Positions 26,991 to 39,300 of a DNA stretch of 64,000 bases are shown here, in pieces; position 1 is the stretch's first letter; each line of letters opens with the position of its first letter. A program made the position numbers and the translations under genes. The notes below the pieces were generated by a model. The model saw only the letters and a program-made list of their open reading frames with translations, ran no database searches and had not been told where the DNA came from. The DNA is from Lytechinus pictus. Its lineage: Eukaryota. Where the stretch lies: contig NC_087252.1 in assembly GCF_037042905.1 (NCBI RefSeq), positions 22,446,001 to 22,510,000 of the forward strand. The letters run 5' to 3'.

Positions 26991-27360
26991 TTACACTCTT
27001 TCGCAGAGAGTCCTGGGCCGAATCCACGTACAAGACCAATCATGCAGTCTTTGACCAAACAATAATACTACACAATTCTCCGAATTGTAAGAGTTTGGTT
27101 GACCTGGGTGCCATAGATCTAGACAACATCAAATAGAGATTTTAAAAAATGAGAGTAGGCTCCAGTGTGTATAGATAGGAAAGTAATTGTGGGGGTAAAA
27201 TACATCAGAACAATGAAAAATACATAACCATATCATAATGTGAAAAGAAAACGTATACTAGTACTTAAAAAAGTCATAATAATAGACAAGTGTTGAATAT
27301 GGAATGATAATGGAGAAGGGGGGGGGGGGCAATTTTGTACAGAAAAAACAAGCCCCCCCC

Positions 27361-27391
<31 letters not shown>

Positions 27392-30300
27392 TTTCACACT
27401 CAATTAATGGTGATCTATCACACTAAGAAATCCCGGTGCAAATGGGGTGTACGATACGTGCGTACACCTCGCAATACCATCGAGGTGCAAGTTAGCTCTT
27501 TTGCGAGAGTACGTGTCTGTTGTGCACCCCTGTACTCTTTGCGTGCACCCCACCAGTCTCGCTGATAGACGTATGGTATAGATAAAGTTGATTTGTGATC
27601 GAAGATTACCCGAAATAACAATGCACTAACGCCACACTTTAATAATTTTTAAAATATTCAATATTTATGTGATAATTGTTTAAAAAACACATTTGATTAC
27701 GTATACATTTGGAGAAACAGTAAATAGAGCTACTTGAATCACAACTATCAGCACAAGTCAAAAAAGAAGCGGATCATATCCCTAGAGACCTCCTCCCAGA
27801 TTCAGCGCTTCTCGTTGGCATAGCGGGAAGAATCTTGATTACAGAAACAACGAGGTGAGTTCGAGTCCCAACCAAGGTAACAAAAAATCGATACAGAAAG
27901 TAAATGGACCGAAAGTCTCGACAGTCTTCTTGTTATTTTAGGTGGGGTACATTATGCACCCTCAGGGGTAGACGTTTACACCCTCTAAGGTGCAGATGGA
28001 CACCCCAAATACGTGTGCACCCCTATGGGTACTCGTATAGGAACAAGCCTGTGCACCCCTAGGGGTGTAAAATTGAACCCGAATTTCTTAGTGTGTATGT
28101 CAGGAAAAATTTGACAAGCAAAAACGTCCTCGCTTGCGAATGTACGGCATATATTTCCCTTACAAGATATTTGTTAAGGCTACGAAGGAGGTGCCGGGGG
28201 GGGGGGCACGGGTCGGGTGTGCCCCTACCTGTATGGCAGGGGCCGCGCGGAACCAGGGGGGGGGGGCTTTTTTCCAAAACCGTTTACAAAAACGTAAAAA
28301 TTACCATATGATTGTAATTTTTAGCATGGTCAGCCCCCCCCCCCCCACTTTTGGCTCAGCCCCCCCACTTTGAAAACCGTTCCGCGGCCCCTGTATGGAT
28401 CCGCCACGGGAGGGGGGGGGGGTTATCGAGGATAGATCACAGATAGTCGCAAGACTAATTGGGTAAGTCCATTTATTAATGGTCACGTCATAGTACATCC
28501 TACTGAATCAATACAAAGCTATATCCAATTCAATTAAAACAAACATTTATTTTCTTCTATTTTTCACAATTTTTTTTTGCTATAAATTATACATTAAAAA
28601 TCATTTGTCATAATATGAATATAGGCTATAACATATTTGTTTTATAAGCATTTTACACTCACTGCTCTGCGATCCAATTTGACTCCCATCCAGGCAATCA
28701 AAACGTCTTTGTGTATCGTTGTCGTCACATCCAACCCAGACAAACCCGATACCGACATCGCCCAGGAACTCGAGGACGAAATCCATTTCGGACCTCGAGT
28801 TCGGTACGAAGGGAATAGAATCGAGTTCGGAGCATAGTTGCACGGCCTGCTCGTAAGTGACCGGGTCCGCCCAGGCGAGGCGATAGCATCCGTCTGTTCT
28901 CCGCAACCACCCAGCCGGACACGTCCGATCTAGGAACAGGACAAAATATGAAATTCATTCATATCTTTTCATCTATTTAATCATAGGAACAGACTGAATA
29001 TATTTTTATTAAAAAACTAACAACAAAAATAGACAGGATATAACGACACTTGACAATGGTGAAAATCGTCATCATCGTCGTCGTCATTATTATCAATAGT
29101 TTTCCCAGCTTTTCACTAATCTTCTATTTATTTCATTCGTCCAATGAGATGAAATGTAGCCATCGACTTCGGGGGCAGGGGTGATGATTTCAAGTAGTAA
29201 AAGGAGAAGAGGGAAGGAAGAGAGAGACGAGAGAAAAGTATTTAAGTTGATGTTATTGAACGTACAATCCCGCCCCCCCCCCCCCCCCCCCACTCCGGGG
29301 TCGGAAGGACCGCATGCGTGTTCCCAAAATGTCCGGTAAAGGAGTACTTTTTCGCGGGACAAGTCCGGCCCGCGAATTGTAAAAAAGGGGGTGTATTTGT
29401 ATTTTCACTCGGAGATTTCTTTTAAAAGGGGGTGTTTTTTATCTCTCTCTTTGGACTCTTGAGAAATTTTTAAAAGGGGGTTATGAAATATCGTGAATAA
29501 CATAGAAAAATAGTTCAAATCCCGGGATTAAATTCCTAAAATTCCTGCTAGTTTTGAAAGCTCATTAAGGATTATTTCATTTTGAAAAGTAAAGTACGGA
29601 CCTTTTGTTGGAATGAGAGCTCACCTGAAATAGGGGGTACATATTGAGCAGTGTTCCGGATTTAGGGGGGTCTCCAAGGCAGAAAAAGCCCGCAAAAATC
29701 CCTCGAAAGGGGGTTCAGAAATTTTGGCAGACCTTCGATAGGGGGGTGCTTTCAAAGGGAGGGAACGAGCATAGGCGTACCCTAAATAACACTGAGTGGG
29801 AGGGGGGGGGCCGGGCGTACAATACCCGATATAATATACAACTGAAGAACAAGAATTATGTCGCGATTGAACGAACATTGGTCTGAACTCCCACCGAAAT
29901 ACTATATGGCCCGGCGTATTCTGAACTCTGGTTTAAAGTTGTGGTTTAACTATGGAGAGCTAATTGGAGCACAAATCCCTAACAGTACACATTCAATTTA
30001 TTAACTCATAGGACACGCAAATTGTTCATAATTGTCTTGAAATGATAACTGAAGTATTTTTCTTCATTATGAAAGCAAAAGGAAACAAAATAGTAAATAT
30101 AAGGAATATAATATAGACAGAAATTTTGAATTTTTGGCTCCCCACAATTTTAGGACAGAGGTAAACCGTGGTCTAAGTTAAACCTGACTTCAGAATACGG
30201 GCCTATGTGTTAAAAAAATGCAACAGGCCTTCCCCTATAGAAATCATTCCTTCTATCGAAGTAGGCGAGCATCAATGACAACAAAATAATTTAATCATTA

Positions 30301-33300
30301 CATGAGTTTACTCTACATCAAATTGGGTCCAAGATTATAACTTGTTTAGTTTAATTAGTGATTTTTTGCAACGGGAAGGGGTTCAAGAACACAGCAAATG
30401 CATTAAAAATACCCGTCACAGGACAATAAACAGTTGGGAGGTCTTTGTCGAAAGTAATTGGTGAACCAGAATAGCAGTTTCATCCTACGTTTCTGACCTG
30501 ACAAAAAAAATAAACATATTTCGCTCGTCCACACTTCAGATTCACGGAGGAAACTTTTGCTCTGATTCATTAACTCTCGGCAAAAACCTCTTTGTTATTA
30601 AGAGCTTTTGACAATAGATTATCTTTGTTCTTGAAGCCGTCCCTGTTGTAGTTGCGAGTACCTCCCTAATAATGACATATGAGAAACGAACGTAAAATGG
30701 TCGGAACAATTTTTCTATTTGAGGACGACCACTTGTTATACCTTTAACGGTAACATTGAACGAACATTGGTCTGAGTTTCCTGAGGGATCCATTGCCGTG
30801 GCAACTACAGTATATTCCCCGGCATCCCACGATCCTTCGGTCATATCGGTCGTAACAGTCACGTGACCAGAATCGTCATCGACTTCGATGGGAGGCCATG
30901 ATACATTCGCAGAAAACTCGCCCGTCTCTAGGTACACGACTTTGTCTTCTGGGCATACAATGGTAGGTGGTGTTGTGTCTTTGAGAAAAAAAAAATATCA
31001 TGATTCATGTTTTACAAATTATAGTGTACAGTACTGTTAGAAAATTATCTTACCAGATTGCGTAATCTTACAGGAAATTGGTATTTGGTGTCTGGAACCT
31101 TAAAAATTTCCTTAATTAAAACACCCTTTTCCCCTTTTTAAACAGACCTGTTCTGTTAAATTGCAAGAAAAAAATCCTGTTTTATGAATTTACAGAATGA
31201 TTCTGTTATTGCTTTCTGCAAAATCCTTTTTTCTTGTAAAATCAGGGTTTTTTAACAATGTACATGATAACGATTCATAGAAGAATATTTTCAATCTTTC
31301 TAAAATTAGAGAAGATTAGATTTTTAGTTTGGTAGTTATATTATATACCATGTTAGCGTGATAATCTCTGAAGAAGAATAATAAGTAGGAGGGAAAATAA
31401 TTGAACAGTTTTCAGGCTGTATTTTTCAACATGGACTCAAATAAACTTGACTCATCCGTTAGAGCAAACTAGCAATCATTATAATCTGGTTTATGTCAAA
31501 CTTGACATTAACTTTATATTTTTTAGGAGAAAACCATCATTAACTTTCCCCCTAACTCAAATTAAAATGTCAAATTAAAGGCACTTATACTACTTTCATA
31601 TCTTATAAAGATAGAGTATACTTCCATATCTTATGAAGATATAAAATATCCTAATTCACCTGGTGTTTGTGTTGTCTGTGGTATTTGTGTTGTTACTGGA
31701 ATTGGTGTTGTTGCAGGTGTTGTCGTTTGTGCTGATGTTGTCGTTGGTGTTGTCTGCGTCAATGTTGTACCGGCGGACGATGCTGTTGTCGGTGCCTCTG
31801 TAACGACACGGACATCCACGCCAACTGAAAATTATGAAAGATAAATATATCATGGACTGTTATACAAATTTAGTCTGATCGCAAACTGAGAAAGCAGAAA
31901 AATGGCCGAATGCAAAAGTTTTTCCAAGGGGCAGGACGCGAAAAAAAAAATCGAAGAAATTTTTAAGTGAGCGAGCGAAGCGACCGAGCATGTAATTGGG
32001 GCGATTTTGCATTTTCCTAAAATAAATGAATTTGAAAGATATTTTGCACACTTTTTGTGTTTTGTTGTTGTTGAAAATTTACAGTAAAAATTTAAGTTTT
32101 TCAAATTTCAGGGGGGGGGGGTAACTGACCCATGCACTCCACACCTATTGCACAGGGGGTGGATGAACTATTGTTTAACCCCCCCCCCCCCCCCCCGAAC
32201 AAAAGGTGTAACGCAAGGATTTATGCCATTGTAGTTGACATAGACTTACCGGTTAAATTACGATGATTAAGAAATCATAATAAAAGAAGGGAATCTCCAA
32301 TAATACGAATCGAGAGCCAGAATTTGCGATGAATATTGGCATCTTTCCAACAAGACCGAAGATTTTGTTTGTCCACATCGAAATCATTTTCTACCTATAA
32401 ACCTTGCTTAAGGATAGATATGTAACTTATATGTGGTTAAAATGACTACAAATGTTGCATACAGACCTGTCAGTTTACATTGAAGATCAAAATCTTTCGC
32501 CTTCATGGCACAAGTGACGCCAAGCAAAATAATAATGAAAATTATAACAATAATAATTTTTATATTTAATGATAATAATAATAACTATAAAAAAATGAAT
32601 ACCATCGTTGACAACAAACGATGTCGAATCGACACCGAGTTCGTCCAGATTTCCTTCATCAGCAGCCTCCTCGATGACCTCCTGGACTGCGGCTTGAACG
32701 TCCTCCTCAATCTTCTTAAGTCGGTCATCGATTGAGCCTGCAGGCGTGGTCGTCTCCCCCGGGGCTGTCATTGGCGGAGAGAGAAGCATGATTACGAAGT
32801 CAACGATGATGCTGCCAGGGCTAGGGAAGATAAAACCATATTCCTGATTCCTCGGAGTGACATTAGATACCAAACCATAACTACATTCTTATTGGAAATC
32901 AATATTATTAATTATCAATTATTTACTTTAAACCGTATTTTGGTTGGTCGTACAATGACATGCGCTCAGATTTTAATATCAGATATTAGGCCTATATACA
33001 AAAAAGAGAATATGTCAATTATCATTATCAAAATGATAGTGTTATCAACCATTTTGCGCTTATGGTAATTGAACATTTTTTTTTTTTTTTTATTTTTTTT
33101 TTTTTTTTGGGGGGGGGTTTCGTTAACGTACCCCTCAATGGCCTTTGGTTAAATTAAAGTTGTTTAAGTATGTATTACTTTGTCTGAGAATTTTATACTA
33201 AACATGCTAAACGAACCTAAATCCATTGACTTGCGTCCCATTGTAGACGTCACCGAGATCGCTTCCATAGAAAACATCGTCCATCTTCAATGAAAAAATA

Positions 33301-36300
33301 AGCGATAAAAAGATAATTTTCAACATGCCATGGATCTGGCCACGGAGGATTATCTATTGTTACTTGGGTGCTGTCAATATGATCATCACCCCCAGTAACA
33401 ACAGAATAATCCTCCGTGGACAGGGCCCTGTAACACGCTGAATAGAAAACATGAAAACCCTGTAATACCATCATTATTCTCCAATATGAATCGGGCACCA
33501 CGGATATTGTGGTAAAATGGATGAATAAATCGATATTATGATAACAGAAACTCAAGATTTCAGACGACAAGATTTGAATCATGGAGGTATAAACCAATAT
33601 GGAACGTTTTAATGTCAACGATCTCAAGAGGAGGATCTTAAACGCTTAAGCCTATAGCGTACACCATAATTATGATTCGTTGACATCCGAATATCAAAGA
33701 AATTCTATTAACTTCTGAATAAATTTTACTTTCATAGCCTTGAAATTAACTTAAAATGTTGTCATTGTTTTAGTCTCCATTTAAATCCAATTACGATTTG
33801 AATTTTTAATTGTCTAATATTCATCATCTTTTAATGTAGTATTTTATTTTTATTCTATTTCATTATATTTGATGAATTCTTATTTACACTTGCTCTTTAA
33901 ACATTATTTATTATTTATGTACACCCCAAGTCCTTACATATGTACCTGTTTTAATTGCAAATGTTGCTTTTACCCATGCATAACTTGTGAACATTTTATT
34001 GTAAACAGGCTAATTTCAGCCTTTTTGGCTGTGTAACATGACATTGTATTGTTTTTATACGAAATAAACCATGATTGAATTGAACTGAATTGAATAATAG
34101 CATTTGATATGAACATTCTATCCAATAAAATCTTAGAGGTCAGAGTTCGGTTTAGTGGTATGACTACTTTCAGTCTAGATCGAGCCTCCCTGTAGGAGTA
34201 AAATCAAATTCTGCTCCAAATCGTAATGATGTCATCATCGGCTGCGACTTGAAGCCGATTTGGACTTTCAGTTACTCAGACCAAAGGGCATGCCGCAAAG
34301 TAAAATTCTGATTTTATTATTCCTAACATTGTGCTAAACATCGAATAAAACAATTTTATTTCTTAGAAATAAGACTAGGAACTCTCATATTTAATTAAAA
34401 ATGCGATTTTATCCGAAACGGCGTGGTATCGGATCGAAAGCGCTGGGCTTTAAGTTCTTACCGTGTTGGTAAAATTGTCTGCCAGCGAGCGATATTGAGG
34501 CGATAGGTCGTTGTTGTACTGAGGGATGAAAGCACGATTGGACAGCCTAACCGTTGCATCCAGATTAACCCCAACTAGAGAAGGTAGAAGGAACATCAAG
34601 TTAAAAGATATTGAGTCACGGTGAATTTCAATTAGTGTTGGACTGTTGGGTCTATCCAGATGAAACCCCGTAGCGCAATGAGCCAAACATTTTGAGGGGG
34701 CAAGACATAACGCATGGGGCAAACAATTTCATCAAAGTTGCTAGCGAGCGAAGCGAAAAAGCTTAAATTTTGACATTTTTGGTATAGAAATCGAATTTTT
34801 GGGACACATTGTGACATGCTATTCGAAGAAGGATAATATGTTTCACAATTTTTTTCTTTCCTTTTCTTCCTTTTTTTCTCGATCGAGAAACTTTTTTCTT
34901 GAGGGGGGGTGGATTGTCCCTCAACATGGCCAAGCCCCTTACGCCGGTGATGAAACCTTTGCAGTAGACCCTCACGATCGCAAGAATTTTGGGGGAATGG
35001 GGTTGGAGTTAGTGAAAAATTGCCTTAGATCCATACTCGGGAATAGTAAAAGTGCATACAAACAGCGTTATCTTTTCTGAAAGGGGCTACTTCTCGTGAA
35101 AGTTTTTTACAGCGTTTCTTATCTGAATACATAGAGATGTTAATTATAGACATCTTTGTCATCATTATCACCATCATTATCATCATTATTCACATTAATA
35201 TCACCATCGTCATCATATTACCTTCATCATCACATCGTTATTATCACCATCATCGTCAACATCATTGTCATCATGATCATCGTCAACGTCATTACAGCCA
35301 TTATCATCGTCATTATCATAAACATCACCAACACCACAACCAGCACCATCAATAGCAAACAGTTCTTCGTCTATGATGGGAAACCCGTTGGCTGTTTTTT
35401 TTTTTCATTCCCTATAGTCAGTGACCACCCGGTTTCGGTAATCGATGGGTTAATGACACTTACCAATGACTATTGATCCTCCTGTGTCTGTCGGGCCAGC
35501 ATCAGTTGGTTGCATTGTTACTGGATATAAAACAAATAATCATTAACGTAGATTGGGGTGTTGCAAGAAAACTACAGTGAATAAGTTGGTGCTAACTTTA
35601 CACCATCGGTGTTCATATGGACCGCACAAAGGAATTTACATTAGTGTAAAATTCATTACGCCATTATTTGCCATTTTCAAGGCCAAAAGTAAACCACAAT
35701 ATGATATTTTGATGCCAAACTTACGATCTGAATAATCAATAACTATTGATCACTTTGGTCCATATTCGGAAGTCAGTTTTCACTTAGACCACGGTTTAAC
35801 TCTGTGCTAAAATCATGGGGAGCCAAAAAATATAATGAAGAAATATACTTCAAATACTTCATTTATCATTCCCAGACAATTTTTGAACAATTTGGGTGTC
35901 ATATGAATTAATAAATTGGGTGTGTACTGTAAGGGATTTTTGCACCAATTGGCTCTCCATAGCTAAACCACAACTTTAAACCAGTGTTTGATTTAAACAC
36001 GAGTTCAGAATACGGGCCTATGAGACCTAAGTATTTCGAGGGAATTTGGGTATATTCATGTATGCCATAATAATCTGAACTGCCGCCATATTGATTGACA
36101 TTGTTTAACACAATTATTTAATAACTGAAACAATGTGATTAATTATGCAACTCACCTGTAGGTAATGACTTTTGTCCTGAATAAATTTGAAAAAAAAAAG
36201 AAGGAAAGGGTAAGAACTACAAAGTCCACAAAATCATTTTTTTTTTTATTAATGAAACATTCATAAAGAAATTTTGAATTCGCTAGTAAAAGTTATCGTG

Positions 36301-39300
36301 TGATCATACAAAACAGTACACAAATCAATACAGTAGTGGGTTTGAAAATTTTCATTAAAGAGGATGAAAATAAACACAAACAGAAAGAAAAGAGGAAAGA
36401 AAGCTACCTTAGTTGAGGTTTTGCAGGCATGGTCGTTTACATGACATCAATTTTGACCAATGAGAGGAACGGATTATTCGACATTCTTAAAGAGAGGTTT
36501 ATAATGAAATATAACCTATATTACAAATACAAAGAATACAGTATGAAAAACAATTTTCATTACATGAGGAAAAGGAAGAAAAAGAGGATTTATACGAAAA
36601 ATACGAAAGGAAGAAAGAAGAATAATAAAATAACATGGGAAAGTCCCATAAGAATTAGCGAGCAAAGAGACCCGCCTTCCACACACCCTTACACACCATA
36701 ACACACCCCCACCGTCTCCCACACACAGAAACCTACATGCACACATACACCCACACCCCACACTCACTGTTCACATGCATAGTACGACAATAATACATAT
36801 ACCTGTCGAGAAGTAGATGATCATGAAAACGATGGCGATTAGAACAGCGAATAGACCCAGCGAGATAAGAATCACCACCGTCCGATTCGCTTTCGACCCC
36901 GCCTTCGACACCACGTAATCCAGCATCTCATCTCCCCTCGACCTCGCCCTCGATTTCCAGCTCATCCGGTCGCCAGCTTGGGCCGCCGCTTTCTTCTTCT
37001 GCGCGGCGATGTCGTCGCTTTCGTCATAAACGGGAACTTTCCGAGAGCGGTAATCGCTACCGCCTTTGAGGGCGTGCACATCCATCTCGTCGTAGCGCGC
37101 ATTGGTCATTTCCTGGGCGGGAACCGCTGGCAAGGCGTCAAGCAGTTTTCTTTGATTTGGCGGCGGACACGATGGATTTGATGAGTGCTGGGAAGACCAT
37201 TGGAGCTTCGAAGCCTCGCGAGCAGCCGCGGCGTCGAATTCCTTTACCGGTTTGGTCGAGAGAGCGTCAGACTGTTGGCGGTTGGCGTGATACGAAACGC
37301 GGTTGTGAAGCGGCGGATCGTTGTGATAGAATGTCTCTGGATCATCAAGATAACCTTCTGGTTGGAAATCATCTTCAGTTTGGAACTCTGGATTTTCATG
37401 TTGTTCTTCGTGTTGAAATGATGGTCCCAAGTCTCCCTCTTCTTCCGTATATTGATTGTCCTGTAACAGATGAATAAATGAATAAACATATCATGATTTT
37501 AATTCTTCGTAGAGCGGCTCATATTGTCCTAATGGTTTTTTTAATGCATTTTTTCAAGTGAACTTTTTGGCTTGATTTCATTGTAGATTATAATATTACA
37601 TGATATCGTACAGCTTCCCCCACCCGCGAAATAAGGGCATGCCTCCCCAATCAGATGCAGCGGGACGGTTCAGTGAAAGGGGGGGGGGGGGGTAACCCGG
37701 TGCCAAAAAAAAACGTAGTAAGATGGTAATTTACGTTTTTACACTATTTTATGATTTTTTTTGGGGGGAGGGGGGGCTCATCCTGATGGGGGGGGGGTGA
37801 GTGGCCTTATCCCCCTCCGTTTCGAGGCCCCTGCCCATTCACGGCCTTTTACCGACATTTTCCCGTTATGAATGGGATCTTCGTACAATCTGCGATGTTT
37901 AACCCTTAGGTCGAGCCGGATATGCTATTACCACTTGCACCCAAATAGATCTTTTATTTTTGTTTATTTCTATTTTTTTACAGTGTACGATTTAAATGGG
38001 TGTACTCACTGCTGGAAGATCTGTATTGACGTTACGTTTGATCACTGGCAAGCGTCTTTCCGGCCCATCCGCGGACTCTCCTCCAAGATCATGCTCCTCG
38101 TACTTCCGCACCAGTCCCTTGACATCGACTTCGATCTCCTCGTCGAGAACGCATCTCACTCCTTGCTTCAGACCCTGGTCGTCATCGGGGTTGGTCAATG
38201 AAGGGTCCTCGTGGACCATCCGAGGGCCGAGGTCAGGTGGTCCGCCCGGGGGTCCGTCTCCTTTATTTGGAATGGTCCAATCCTTGTAGTCATTCTGTCA
38301 CAATGATCATGATGATAGTTAGATTTGATGAAGTTACAAAGAGTTTTGAATGGATAGAATAAAATATATCATATATTGTCTTCTCACCCCCCCCTCAAAA
38401 AAAAAAGATAAAGAGAAGAGGTTTGCTATACAATATATTGTACATACGATTGCAGATGAACCCCAAAACATTATCAAACTCAAATAGGCCTACATTCAAT
38501 GAAAAAAAATATATATATCTACATGTACCTACAAACTAATAATCATATTATCAATAATGAAGTTACGAAGACATGAACATTGAATGAAATTATTACATAA
38601 GCATAAGTAAACCCAAGAGACGGAATAAAAATACTGATGACAAGAAGAGAAGGATATAGCAAAAAGTGAGGTACATAAATAAATATTAAACAAGCACATC
38701 GACTCTAAACTGGCACCCTCCTCCAACTAGAGGTAAGTTCAAAATATATAAATACAGAAGAAAGAATGGATGGAAGGAGAAAGTTACAGAGAGGACAGTG
38801 ATAGAGGAAAGGGGAAAGAGAGAGAGAGATTAAACAAAACACAGTTACACACCACACTCACACACAAGCGCACCCCCTACGCACACCCTCTCTCACAAAC
38901 ACACACACACACTTTACAGGTGTTACTCCTGGCTCTGATATTATATTTTATGATTGACAGGTAAAAATAAACAGGAAACGTTCAAAGTTTTATTTATTTA
39001 TAAGGCATATTAATTGAGTTTTGCGTGAATACCAGATACACATGAATTAATGGTTGGAATGAGCAGATGATGTCACGTCCGATTTTTTTTTCTTTAGTAC
39101 ATGAAGTTATGTATATTCACATTATTTCTCCAAGAACTTAAAGGAGAATGAAACCCTTGAAAACAGCTGAATCCATATCAAAGAGAAAAATCAAAGAAAC
39201 ATATTGTTGAAAGTTTGAGGAAGATTGAATGAATAATAAGAAAGTTATGAGCATTTGAATATTGAGATCACTAATGCCATGTAGATCCTCCTATTGGCAA

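Noticed and set aside
33250..33627. 125-aa ORF as an exon of the lectin gene
   Set aside because: The SEA-coding exon is 33284-33217 in another frame; the ORF itself has no recognisable content.
35137..35476. His-rich and Ile-rich ORFs (similar ones at 10863-11228 and 14587-14896)
   Set aside because: Translations of (CAT)n, (ATA)n and (TAT)n microsatellites.
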